From Leptogorgia sarmentosa (lineage: Eukaryota): a stretch of 64,000 bases of DNA. The notes under the pieces were generated by a model. The model did not search any database. It had not been told where the DNA came from and saw only the letters and a list, made by a program, of their open reading frames with translations. Location of the stretch: the NCBI GenBank assembly GCA_964658305.1, contig OZ210886.1, positions 496,001-560,000 on the forward strand. Reading direction: 5' to 3'. Made by a program: the position numbers and the translations under genes. Positions 1 to 12,625 of the stretch are shown piece after piece. How positions within the stretch are numbered: the first letter of the stretch is position 1; each line of letters begins with the position of its first letter.

Positions 1-1671
1 GATTCATTGTCTACTTCAATTGACCAGCCTGATGGTAAAGTTGCTGATTTTGGTCGATAGGCTCCTGCTTTCCTTACTCCATTAGAGTGACTTTGTTGCT
101 CTCCAGTTGAATAATGACGTCTCATGGTTGGCTATAATTATGAAGACATGCGTCACATGCGTCACATTTTTAAATGGTATATCAAATTTTGCAGTACTTG
201 AGTTGCTACAATTGATAATTTTAACCTTAAATAATAGCATCTCTAAAAAGAAAGGAAAATTGAAATCAAGTGTGTCAAGTACCTAGTAATTACAAAACAT
301 CTTCACAGAATAATGTACATACATGGTATATTTCATTTGCATGAGCAAAGATATCTGGGCAAACTCAGAAATTGGACTGTTGTTTATGTACTTGCTTTAA
401 TTGTCTTAATTTTTTCAAATTTAAACTCACTTGGGAACTTTTTGCCACAAGTAATTCTACTTGTACCATAAATTAACATTCATGTTTGACCAGTCATTTT
501 GCAGCTGAGTGCAAATATTCCCACTGCATATATATTATATATTATATACAAACACTCCAGTAGCTTATCCCTAAAGTCTATTGCCTTCTTTCACTTATTT
601 TAGTTTTTCAAATTCCATGTATCCTAAACCTCCTAAGAGGAAATTTATTGAATTCATGACAGTCACTCTTTATTAAAAGATATTTTTGTACAAATGTACT
701 CAAACTTATTAGGCAAATCATTGTAATCAAATTCATTCATTTACAGAGTTTACAATGTAAACGCTGCACATATTAATAATAATTTCCTGGCATACATCTG
801 CATCACTTTCATTGATCTAAATTGAAACAATCTATCAAAGACAAAATGTTGCAAATATTCCAATGACAAAAAACACATCATTACCGAATAATTATTGAGA
901 TATAAAACATGACCTGAAAGAAATCCTTTTTGATCAGAAGAGCTCAATTATTAGACAATGTATTATAATGTAGAAAACCCCGCAGATAAATGGCTATGCA
1001 AGTTTCGATCACCCATTTCGTAAATAAATTTGCCCAGACAGAGAATCTCTTTAATCCAATAATCTATTGGAATTATTAACCCAGGCAACAACACTTTAAA
1101 ATGAAGTGATTGATTTTAGTACAGGGCATAGTTTTAACTTCCTTGTTCTTCACATGGGCAAATACAAACAGAAATGTTTACATTCTCTTTAGTAGCTTTG
1201 AGTGCATACCTCTCGCCCAGTTGAATTCACTGGAATGTTCGCATATATTCTCTCTTCAACATTATTCACGTTTACGTATATCTTCTCTGAATCCTCCTCA
1301 CTGAACGATGTTGTTTCTTCTTCCGCTGTATTTGTCGTTTCGTCTTGAATGTCTTGATATGAGTCCTCAGACGAAGGTGAAAGTGTACTGTCCACTGTCG
1401 TGTCACTATCGCTAAGATCAATACGCGATTCAGTCATATAATTTGCTGGCACATAAATATCTTGTTCGCCTTTACGTACGTGCCACCAATCTTCGTTAGA
1501 CTTTTCAACTAATATGAAACACTCGCCAGCTTCAAATGAAATCTGACGTCCTGGTTGCATTTCGTAAGAGTAGGGGTATAAGGCCCGTACAAGTAATGTT
1601 TCATGACCATTTCCGACCAGTGCTGCAGATCGTGACAATAGCGCATCCCCATTCCTTTGCGTTGCATACAT
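1..1671 (-). CDS. Rho GTPase-activating protein, ARHGAP12/27/9/15 family (SH3 + WW), 5' part; continues beyond the left edge
   Basis: Exon ~1671..1210 encodes an SH3 domain (ALYPYSY...ISFEAGECFILVEKSNEDWWHV...YVPANYM) and an acidic linker with YVN/YAN motifs, ending at GAG|GTATGC. The next exon, 131..<1, after a TAG acceptor, reads PTMRRHYS...LPSGWSIEVDNE (start of a WW domain). SH3 followed by WW is the ARHGAP12/27 architecture; the GAP domain is outside the window. Confidence 0.75.
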
Positions 1672-3341
1672 GATAGCAGTTAACACTTTTTCTCTTTTAA
1701 AACACTCGTCTTAGTTTAAAATTTGATTCGTTCCTACATGATACCATTAAATCTCTCAAGTTTTACGACTTTGCGTGTTCAAAAATATAACATCGTCGCA
1801 TTATCACAGCGAGTGGGCTGCTTCCACTTCTCTTGCCTCAACTTCCTCTCTTCTTGCGACTTCCCAAATTGCTAGTCTAATTTGGAAAGGTTTGAACAGT
1901 TTACAGTAAATAATACACTAAAAACAAATGTAAAACTTTAGAAACACATTTTTTTTCTAAAAATTGAAAACTTCAAATCACAAAACTGATTGTCATTCTG
2001 TAGGAAAATGTCGCACCTGCGAACGGGCAAACAAGCGTTTTGCGTTTTGCATAATTTAAATCATGAACGCAATATTTGTCATTTTCAAAATGTTCTACAT
2101 TGCCAGAGCAATTGACAAATATTAACAATCACTCTATCTATATGGTACAAGTATGGCACAACAGCAAAAAGTACCAATAAACCAAACAAATGTACAAAAA
2201 ATGATAGGACGAAGTCGCTTCTCATTCGATTTCCTACGTGGGCAATGATTACCCACGGGGGCGGATTAAATTGAGGCGAGTGTTGTGGACAAACAAAGAA
2301 CATTGTGTATAAAGGAAAGTGGGCGAAAAATACCAAACATTGCTATCTCTAAATAACAAAATGGTAGAATACTGGACCTTACAAGAAATGCTCTTTTTTT
2401 AAAAGATTTATTTAATTATGATGTATTCCTGTGAAAATTGGAAAATCACCGACAGTGACGTATTCACGTGCAGCTTGTTAGCATAAAATTAGAACATATT
2501 TGGCTTCTTTACTATTGCCCTACTTGGTGGTAACGTGTCACTTTGGTTTTACTTTTACAGTCAGTGCTGTTGCTAGCTCGATAAGTGGGGCTCGATACAC
2601 ATACAAAGGTTTGAAGCACTTTTAATTATCATTTTGTGGAATTAAACTTTATATTGTCCACCACCGTCTATTACAAATGCTACATTCTGATTGGCTACTC
2701 AGCCGTTGTCTATTCCATGATAGACGACGGTTCGCGAAAAAGCAAAGGAAAACAATAAGGCTACTGCAGAAAACTCGCGTTTTGCTGAGCTTTTTATTAA
2801 ATTTTCTTGATATAAGTAATTCTGGGCATAGAGTGTATACTAAAACAATTAGACAACTCGGCCTCGTTGGCTTTTTGTTTTGAATTTCCACCATGATTTT
2901 CAGATACCACGCATGCGCAGTCATTTTTCCGCACTGTGTTTACCAGTTTATAGTTCACTGGTGTTTACAGGAACGACAAACGACAGTAGCCTAAATATTT
3001 CCTTGAATATAATCAAAGTTTTCAATTCATACGCTCATAACGCAGGGTAAACCAACGAAATAAACACGATTCAAGGTAAATGTGTAAGTTATGGGTTCAA
3101 TCCATATCATTTTGGTTCGTTAGTGTCTATATGATTGTGCGTAATAACCTTAATTCAGTGATATGGCGTTTAAATCTTCTCCGGTAAAAAGACCTTGTGT
3201 CTAATCATAACCCTGATCCTTTCCACCAAATTTGTTGTGTATTGTCGCTGTGTATTACTGTCCTGATTTGTTTCTTAACATCATACTGGTATTGGTTTTT
3301 ACTTGTCAGTTGAGGAGTATTGCCACAGTAATGTAATTATA

Positions 3342-6259
3342 CAGGGTGTCTCAGTCAACTCTCTTACTGGGTGTATGAACGTAATTTTTGCATGGTCATA
3401 AAGATCAGGGTCTCAGCTGTTGAATGACATGTTTTTTGTGTTATTATGAGCAAAGCAGAACGAATATGAGAGCGATTAAAATTGACGGTCGAAATTGCAT
3501 TATTTTCACCTCTGTGCCTAATTAAAGCAGTGCATAACAAAAGAAAAATGCAATTAATCACGAATGTGTCATGGTAACAAAGATTTTATCAGAATTATTA
3601 ATAATTATGCATAATCAGGTCGTTTGTTGAAGGCACTGAGCTATAAGAAGACTGGAGAGAGTGCACGCACTTTTTTTCAGATAAAAGAGTGAAGCCAAAA
3701 TTATGGCGTGGATTCATGTGATTCGTCATCATTGCCATGACAGCAAATACTCCGTCCTCATGGTAGGTACCACTGACCAGGCTCAAATCTGAGCCCGCTG
3801 CCGTTTTCACACCCCCCTGGTTTTTTTCAAAAAAAATTTTGTTTTGGCAGAGCTTTGACTGCTTTTTATTAAATTTTCGTTTGTTTTCAATCTTTTTTTT
3901 CATGTTTTCGAGATATTTACAGACCATGAGGGTCATACATATTTTTTTCGTAACATTTGATTGATATGAAAGACGATAAATGTACTTGAACGGACAAATC
4001 AAGGCTCTTGAAAATTTTATTGAATACACCATTTGATGATCCTGTTTTTTGTTCAGTGCGAATTCGGTAGAAAATTATATACATATGGTAGGTGAATTTC
4101 CTATTATTTCAACTGCTAATCACTAATCTTTGTGGTATGCACATAGTTTTGACGATGCGAACTATCTTGAGAGTTACATGTGATGACAAAACAGCTGCTT
4201 GCTACTTGCCACCTGAGAGTGCCAAGTTAAGACCTGAGGAACTCGTTTTATAAATAAACCCAACATTGCTGCAGGCTGTTACTTGTAAAGGATAAATTAG
4301 GGTGGATAGATTTTCATTTTAAGTCAAAGTACAGATTGCAATCACAGCATAATTACTGTATGCATGTAATTCTGCCAAAACTGTCAAACACACACAAATT
4401 TCCTGTGGGGAGAGTATAAACCAACCTAGGTAAAAGACTTACAGTAGAGTTGACTGACTGGAAAGGTTTAGGACTTAGTTAAGGTTATGATCAGGTTGGT
4501 TATCAGTCATTTAAGAAGGCTATTCAAGTGTTGTGGATGGACTCTTAAGCCAGGTCATTCTGTTGTTTTACCACTTTACCCTTTGTTATTTTCACACTAA
4601 TATGAACACATTCTGAACAATTTCACTCTGTATAATATATTTTCTGTTTATTACAGATTTTCCCATAAAGACAGACACCAATTATAAATCTTTGGAGTTG
4701 AAGTCAGGAATTCATCAATTTCAAGATATCTTTATACAATTATTAGCAGCAAGCAATTTAAAAATGTACTAATATTATTTTTTTTAAATACATATGCTCT
4801 GCTGGAAGACTAAATTCTACAATTTAATAAAATTATCATAATATGTTATAAATATGACTGCACTTTGTTGTTGTCTTTTTGGTGCCATATCCCTTCTGGT
4901 ACCTATATACTAGAGTACTGCATGAGCAGATAATTCCTGGAAAATACAAGACAATATCATAACACATTTGCTGATTTCTTAGCCCATTGGATCTCATTAA
5001 TACACAAGGTTTCCCTTGTAAAACAAACAAAATTTAGGAGTTGATCTCACAAGGTATAAAAACAAGGCAAGGTGTATTCAAGCAATGTAACCCATAAAGC
5101 TGCAATGCAGCCAACCTTCCAGGAAATTATACTTGTTAGAAGGAAACTTCTGCCCTTCTATTAATAGATACACCAACTATATCTCAGGAGTGCTTTAAAT
5201 TTTCTATCAGAAAGAGATGGCTATGCAGAGCTAAAAACAGCTGTAAATTTTAAGCCTCTTAAAGGCACATTGTTTGTCCATTAGGCCAGACTGTAAGTGC
5301 AAGTGTCTAACTCAGTTGATCAGTGTGGCAATATACAAAAATCCTCACTACAACTTAACTTGATCTCAATTTATACAGGACGTTTTATTTTAATACTGTA
5401 AAAACACCAGGCCATCCCATGTTTTAGCAAAAAAAATGCTAGAGCTCACATATGATCAATAAACAAAATGCGAACTGTCGAAACAAACATATTTTCCATT
5501 AACAAGACGTTTCATTTTGAATTTCTGCTGTTTATAATAGCAGTTTTTAATGCACTATCACATCTTCTAAATTTTATAAAATAGAGCTCGAAAAAATGAA
5601 AAGATGGAGTTTGACAATCAAAGCAGTTTCAAAAATCTTACCTGAAACAACTGAAAGAATACTTTATAGTGAATTATTGTGTAGGGAAAACACAACTTTA
5701 TCTCCGTGTTGCAAAAAGAGAGACGTGAGCTGCAAAATCTGGGGAAAAAACTTGTCAAAATACAATAAAAAAAAATTATGAAAAAATATCTTGCAAAACC
5801 AGGGGGGTGTTTTCCATCCTCGGATGCTGAGGATCGCGGTTGGTCAGTGGTGCCTACCATGAGGACGGAGTATTTGCTGTCATGGTAACGGCTTGAAATC
5901 CGCCATGTTTTTGGCTTCACTCTTTTTCCGCGTGCGCTTCCTCCAGTATTCTATTATAGCTCAGTGGTTGAAGGGAAGGTCGTCATCTTCGAGTCCAACC
6001 TCGTACCCAGGGTCTTGGCAGCGAGGGAGGATCAAGACCCTGGGTACGAGGTTGCTTCGAGTCCCAGAGGGAGTTGATTTTGAATAAGTTTAGCCGCAAT
6101 TCTCAGAGGCGAAAATATGCGATTTCGACCAACGATTTTTAATGGACTCATACGTGCCCCGTTTTACTCAAAATGGTACAAAAAATTACGTTCATACACC
6201 CAGCAAATAGCGCTCAATGGCATGTCAAAGTTGGATTACCTTTTTTTTTAGACACCCTG
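3342..6259. mobile_element. Non-autonomous Tc1/mariner-like DNA element (~2.9 kb) upstream of the CPQ coding region
   Basis: TA|CAGGGTGTCT ... AGACACCCTG|TA termini. Long degenerate internal inverted repeats at ~3633-3850 and ~5790-5966 (e.g. CCATGACAGCAAATACTCCGTCCTCATGGTAGG and its reverse complement). No intact transposase ORF. Confidence 0.7.
5996..6054. mobile_element. 59-bp hairpin MITE nested in the mariner-like element
   Basis: Perfect 22-bp TIR CAACCTCGTACCCAGGGTCTTG / CAAGACCCTGGGTACGAGGTTG, flanked by the 9-bp direct repeat CTTCGAGTC (5987-5995, 6055-6063). Confidence 0.9.
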
Positions 6260-6454
6260 TACATGGGACTCAAATACAACTTGAAATAATATGCTGGTTT
6301 CATAACCTGTTTTATCCTCAATACGTATGCGCTACCTCTCGCCACCTCAAAAATCCGGCTCGCTAAAATCGCTAGTGGAAAACCGGCTTTACTATACTTA
6401 CATTAAATGTGTCCTATGACTGCTCTAAATGAATTTAATTTTACCTTTGACAAG

Positions 6455-8097
6455 ATGTTTAGGGAAACTGCTGTCCTGTATGGCTGCTTTCTTCATCTGG
6501 CAATATTACAAACCGCATCATCGATACCTGTAAGCAAACATGTTTCACATAACATTGACATTGACTCTCAAATAAAAGCCTACGAAAATGTATCACAAAA
6601 AATCATAAATTTTGTAACCAAAGACGAGGGAAAACATCAAACTTTCAACCGTCTCGCGGCAATGACAGATAAATTTGGAAACAGATTGGTCGGCTCAGAT
6701 ACGCTGGAGGTTGTCATAGATTATATGTTAGAGCAGTTTAAGGCGGACGGATTGGAAAACGTTCATGGCGAAGAAGTGACTAATATTCCTCACTGGATCA
6801 GAGGGAAAGAATCGGCAACATTGCTAGAACCTCGTCATTATGAAATGTCAATGTTAGGGCTTGGTGGCAGCATTGGCACGTCAGCTGATGGGATAACTGC
6901 TGAAGTGCTAGTCGTACATTCATTTGATGATCTGCACGCAAGAGCAGCAGAAGTAAGTGCAGATATTTCCCGATAATACTACACATGCTAATGAGAAAAT
7001 CTTCTTTCCTTGCAATGAAAATAAAGAAATGCTTATAAGAATGATGTCACTATTTTGTTTGGAATAATACACTATTTACGAATGAATTTTTAAATTTAGG
7101 CAAAAGGCAAGATCGTAGTTTTTAACCAAGTGTATGTAAGCTATGGAGTTTCGGTTGCGTATCGAGATTACGGTGCTTATGAAGCAAGCAAAGTTGGAGG
7201 TCTGGCTTCTCTTATCAGATCCATTGCCCCATTCTCAATCAACAGCCCACATACTGGATGGCAGGATTACAAAAACGGCACAGCTAAAATTCCAACTGCA
7301 TGTATAACTATTGAAGATGCCGAAATGTTGTCACGCATGGCAGCCAGAGGTGAAAGGATAGTTATTCATTTATATATGGAAGCACAGAACTTGCCTCGTG
7401 CTACATCTAGAAACACTGTTGCTGAAATTGTAGGCACAAAATATCCAGAACAGGTATAAATATATGACATTATTAGTAAGATTGGACGTTAATTTGTTTT
7501 TGTTGATTCTTTATATTACTGTTTTTCAAGGTGGTTTTGGTGAGTGGTCACCTTGATAGCTGGGATGTTGGTCAAGGCGCAATGGATGATGGTGGCGGTG
7601 CTTTCATCTCCTGGCAAGTTTTATCAATAATGAGACAACTTAATCTTCGTGCGAAAAGAACCGTTCGGGCTGTTTTGTGGACAGGGGAGGAGGTGGGCTT
7701 GGTTGGATCACAACAATATTATAACACACATAAATCAAATATATCTAACTATGACCTCGTCATGGAAAGTGACATCGGAACATTCAAACCGAATGGACTG
7801 AAATTCTCGGGCAATGATGAAGCTTTTGCCATTATGGAGAAAGTCATGACGCTTCTTAAACCAATCAATGCTTCAACTCTCTACAAGAATGCTGATGGTG
7901 GCGACGTCAGTTTTTGGATTAAGAATGGAGTGCCTGGTGGAAGTTTGTCAAACGACAATGAAGAGTATTTCTATTTTCACCACAGTAATGGTGATACAAT
8001 CACAGTTGAGAACCCCGATGATTTAGATCTTTGTGCTGCACTCTGGGCTGTTGTTGCCTATGTTGTGGCTGACATGGACGAAATGTTACCAAGATAG
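6455..8097 (+). CDS. CPQ: Carboxypeptidase Q (plasma glutamate carboxypeptidase, M28 family)
   Basis: Exons 6455-6952, 7100-7453 and 7531-8097 with GT-AG introns. Signal peptide, then FGNRLVGS, HWIRGKES, LGLGGSIGT, SPHTG, and the M28 zinc-ligand motifs SGHLDSWDVGQGAMDDGGG, WTGEE, ESD and YFYFHHS. Confidence 0.96.
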
Positions 8098-8108
8098 GGA
8101 CATACATG

Positions 8109-8311
8109 CATAGGCGTACGGGAGCATGACCGTTCGAGGGGAGGGGGGGGACTGATTTGCCGAAAAAAATACACACATTTTATCCCCCCACCTTTTTCTC
8201 ACAATACTATCTCTAATTTACAAGGCCTAAAATGTTTTTGTAATTATCAAACAATAGCGTGTTTCAGAAACTATTAGAAACTCGGTTCAAAAAAGCCCTC
8301 TACGCCTATTG
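8109..8311. mobile_element. Short TIR element (CATAGGCGTA...TACGCCTATTG) just downstream of the CPQ stop
   Basis: Imperfect terminal inverted repeats with a G-run inside the left arm. TSD not clearly readable. Confidence 0.5.
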
Positions 8312-8707
8312 TACATAACTTGTGTTTAAAAATTTGTTTTTAAAAGATTTTTTGTTGGCGTATACGTTACATGGCCATGCAGAAATCTTTTAAAACATTT
8401 TATTAATCAATATTTCAACTGTACGGTTTCCCGATTGACCAGATGACGTACGTATTGATATGTACAAGTGATTTAGATCTAATAAATTTTAATTCCTAGT
8501 TTCTTAATAAACGTGTGTATAATTCTGGAAATATGTTCACATCTTCATGTTGTAAACATGCGATGCACATCATCATGCACATCATCACAGTTTTCAGTGA
8601 GTTCCTATCACTCACAACTTTCACTTTTTTTTAATTCAGAATATTCGAAATTTGATAAAATCATACGATGTTGCAACCGTAGACAGCTGCATGCATACTT
8701 TTCAAAA

Positions 8708-8806
8708 ATGGATTTAAACGTTTACATGCATCCCGTTATTCTCTATTATGTTGTGAACGTCATTTTTACATCCTGTGAATTAATAACGAATGTTCTCAGT
8801 GCATGA
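8708..8806 (+). pseudogene. Truncated relic of the N-terminus of the neighbouring GPCR
   Basis: MDLNVYMHPVILYYVVNVIFT... versus MDLNVYIQLIVLCVLNIIFT... at 10673. DNA AAAATGGATTTAAACGTTTACAT versus AAAATGGATTTGAACGTTTACAT. Stop codon after 32 codons. Confidence 0.7.
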
Positions 8807-9075
8807 TTGCTCTCCTCGAATTTATAGCTGCATGCTCTCCAGGCGCAGAACAGAACGTTCTAGGATTTGAAGGCACAGAAAAGGGATATGCAGCTGTCAA
8901 AGGTTGCAAAATCGTATGATAAAACCATGATTTATCATATATGCATGTCCAGAAATACTGCGCATCAAGCTAAGTGGAAACTGAAATTCACTTTATCTCT
9001 TTCTGTATTATTTTCTGTATATGTCAGAGTCGAGTTCGTAGAAATATGAAGGCCCTGTTACACCATGTATTTTTT

Positions 9076-9147
9076 TAGGCGCGTGTTTGAGGTGGGGCAT
9101 GTGTGCATGGCGGCCTGCCACGTGAGCAACAGCTGAACACGCGCCTG
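9076..9147. mobile_element. 72-bp hAT-like MITE
   Basis: TIR AGGCGCGTGTT / AACACGCGCCT flanked by the 8-bp repeat TATTTTTT (low-complexity TSD). Confidence 0.6.
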
Positions 9148-10509
9148 TATTTTTTGCTGCAACTTGCAACGCAATACTACCCTTATATTACAAGCTCATG
9201 CATGTTCAGTAATAATCGCTGAGCATAAGCCGACTAATTGTTTTGTTAGAAATTTCCAGGGTCCAGTTGTTCAGAAGGTCAGTAGTTTAACGTACACTGG
9301 GTTACCTTAAAATTCGAAAACTTAGACTTAAAAAGCTACGGTCAAGTTTAGAAATTTTGCCAAATTGTTCATTATTTTTGTTCAACCCAACAACCCAGTT
9401 ATCTTGAAATCGCTGAAACCACAATGCAACGCGCCCTTCGCTAATAGAGGGAGTCGTGTATTGCAACACAGTATAATTTCAATTCAAATCAGTACAATGA
9501 TAAGAATTCAATTTAGTCAGGTTCATGATGATAACGACTAAACTATAACAAAAAAAACAGTTGATTCTCAAAGATAATTTTGCTTTCAGAAAATACAGCT
9601 TGACATTCAAAAATAAGTTCATTGCCACTTCGAAATTCATGCCAACAATCAAAGTTAAAAATTACAATGTAATAAAGCATTCAAAGTTAACTTAGCAGCC
9701 CAACCCAGGGGAGTCCCCAATAATTATTTCATTTATCGTTAGTGGAGCAAAATATTCACAATTCGAAAGCACAAGTAGTTCAGACCGAATATATACTAAT
9801 AATTAATCAATGAAAGAGATATATGAGACCTCGAAAGTGCCATTTCCAACCATGTACAGACCAAATTCTCAAAGATTTCTCCCTCGACGCCAACCACGGC
9901 GGGCCTCTTGAGGCCACACCCCCCCCCCCCCCCCCACATATCTATCGCGTTCCTACGCCCCTGCTAACCCCCACTAGCAAGGAACATGGCCATTGGCCAC
10001 TAACAAGTTTAGCAAGGAACGTTAGATAGCGCGATTCGTATTTGCTTTCGAGACTCTATTTGAGGTAATGGTTAATGTTACTCCAAGAACACTTACTCAG
10101 TTACTTTATTCACGATTCTTTTCAGTTGTTCCAATATTGTATTTTGTTACGAATGGCTGTCGCTTTTTCGGCCACGCGATATTGGTAGAAATTTGTGTAT
10201 GGTGGTGCATGTTGAAATCGAGTTATCCTTCACGCCATTCGTCTGCAATAGGTGATACAGTCATGACTGATAAGATCTTGATTTGTACAGTTTGCCGGTA
10301 TCGTCGGCATAAAGAGCAACAAATTGAGTGGCATTTTTTATGAAACGTCCGATTTTATCGTGCCAAAACATTTTCTATATTTATCTACAGGGTTTTTTTA
10401 TAATATTTGAAAAGCGATAAATCATAGTTTTATCATACCATTTCTCAGCAGCTGCATAACCCTCACAAATAGTAGAACATTCTGGGCCTGGTTGCACAAA
10501 GAAATAGAT

Positions 10510-10583
10510 TAACCAATCAGAATGGTGCATTTCATAGTTATCATTTCATTTCATAACCAATCAGAATGGTGCATTTCATAGTT
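10510..10583 (+). promoter_or_regulatory. Duplicated CCAAT-box module upstream of the GPCR
   Basis: Two exact copies of TAACCAATCAGAATGGTGCATTTCATAGTT at 10510 and 10554, about 90-160 bp before the ATG. Confidence 0.5.
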
Positions 10584-10672
10584 CACCGCTATTTAATGAG
10601 AAAACGTGTAGCTCATTGTCTAGAGTTTTACACAACTGGCCACAGTTCCGGCAAATTGAGTTTCTTATAAAA

Positions 10673-11515
10673 ATGGATTTGAACGTTTACATCCAGTTAA
10701 TAGTTCTGTGCGTTTTGAATATCATCTTTACTTTCTTTGGCAGTGTTTTAAACACAATGGTGATAGTCAGTTTTTGGCAGTCTTCTCAGCTTAGAAAGAA
10801 GATATGTCACCTCATGATTATGTTGTTGTCGTGTTCCGATTTGGCCTCAGTCTTAACGAATCATGCAGGATTATTGCTTTACCTTATCTTTTGGTTGAGG
10901 GGGGAATATGATTCGTTACCAAAAGTGAAGTTCTATTTAGACTATTCTATTACATTTCTTGCCTCATCTCTCCTCGTACTTCTTGTGATGAATTTCGAAC
11001 GATATTTGGGAACATATTATCCGCTTTTTCATCGCACATCAGTAACCAGGCGCAGAATCCTATCTCTCCTTACGATATTACTCGTTGTTCAAACTACGTT
11101 GTACATGCTCTCAAGAAACGACTTGGTAATTCCTGGATCACGCACTTCGACCATTGCGGGTGTTGCTATACTGCTGCCATTGTTCTTTTTCAATTATAAA
11201 CTGTTCAGGATTTCCAGAGAAGTGCTACGACGAAAAGAAAGAGTAAGAATAAATTTAAAAGGCATTTCTTCTTGTTTATTAGCTGTTGTGTGCCTTGTGG
11301 TATTGCTTATTCCAACCTTTGTATACATTGGTTTCAGTTCTATAACTGAAAACAAACAGGCTTTAAACAGAAGACTAGCTTTCGTTTGGGTAGCAACAAT
11401 ATACTCCATGAATGGTACGTTTAACAGTTTAATCTTCTTCTGGAAAAACAAAATTCTACGCACTGAAGGAATAAAGACACTAAAAAGGTTGAGAAATTGT
11501 CTTGCTGGATCTTAA
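10673..11515 (+). CDS. Intronless rhodopsin-like (class A) orphan GPCR
   Basis: 280 aa from ATG 10673 with seven hydrophobic segments. TM1 N, TM2 LSCSDL, TM3 NFERY, ICL2 YYPLFHR, TM7 NSLIFFWKN plus helix 8. Confidence 0.9.
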   Translation: MDLNVYIQLIVLCVLNIIFTFFGSVLNTMVIVSFWQSSQLRKKICHLMIMLLSCSDLASVLTNHAGLLLYLIFWLRGEYDSLPKVKFYLDYSITFLASSLLVLLVMNFERYLGTYYPLFHRTSVTRRRILSLLTILLVVQTTLYMLSRNDLVIPGSRTSTIAGVAILLPLFFFNYKLFRISREVLRRKERVRINLKGISSCLLAVVCLVVLLIPTFVYIGFSSITENKQALNRRLAFVWVATIYSMNGTFNSLIFFWKNKILRTEGIKTLKRLRNCLAGS

Positions 11516-12625
11516 GCCAAGTTCTTATTGATCGGAACCGTCAGGGAATATGAGCGATCTTTTCACATTTATTGGAATAGAGAACATATCCAGAAACACA
11601 AAGGATTTTCCCCTATCAGTATAATTAGTTTTTAGTTTGTTCATGATTGTATATTATAATTTTAACTGCCGATGCTGTTGAGATGACTCGATATGTACTA
11701 GAAAAATAAACTGAACTAATTGTCGTTGTCTTTACTTCCAAAGTATATTAACTATAAAGATCCTTATATGGGAAGAAACTTATAAGAAACTTCTATGGCT
11801 TAGAACAATAGATTGATGTCCTCAAGAAGTAGTAATTATATTCAAAGATTTGGAAATAGCCACTGTATGTCTGTATCCTAAGTGATTTTTAGACTAGGCG
11901 TAAAGTTGCAAGCAGATCATTGAGTATTGATTACCAAATTACTGAAGAGTGAAGAATATACCCATATACAGATGTTCAAGCATTCGTCGTAAAGTCTTTC
12001 GTAAGGACCCTTTATATCCAACATCCAGTTCGGGCCTGCGGGGGCAAAAAGTTGGGTGCGCGGGGTGGCGGCAATTGCCCTTACATAAGGATATATAGTT
12101 TTCACAAAATTTATATGAAGTCATTACATAAAATTGATTATTATTGTCAATCCGTCGGTTCTCGCCAGTCGCCACACGTAGATGTGCAGCCCAGACCGGT
12201 ATCGCAGGCATAAGGCTACATGCCTAACCATTATTATTCCCATCAGCAGAATACTCCAGACGTAACGTTTTTTTCTTTTCGAATACTAACAGCGAGCTAA
12301 AGATCTTTAAAAATCTGAATAGGCGTTTATTCGATTTGCAACGAACGTCTACTCATCTATGTTAATGTTTTCTATTAGAGACTGTCCCCAGACTCAGACT
12401 GGCCAGACAATTGGTTCCGACCAATTTTCTAAACTGGCATTATAAAATGACGATTCGCTGACATGAATTCGCTAAAATGACGATTCTAGGAATCTAAGGT
12501 GTATACTTCAATTCTAAATTCTAATAGGTAAACCAATCGTCGTCATTCCTTCCTTGGCCTACGGAAAATGTGTTCAATGTATAGTTCGACTATCATCTGT
12601 TCATTGGAGCATGGCATGATGTTGC

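Noticed and set aside
3598..5920. ORFs 3598-4032 and 5618-5920 as a transposase
   Set aside because: They lie in the inverted-repeat arms, are low-complexity and show no DDE or HTH motifs.
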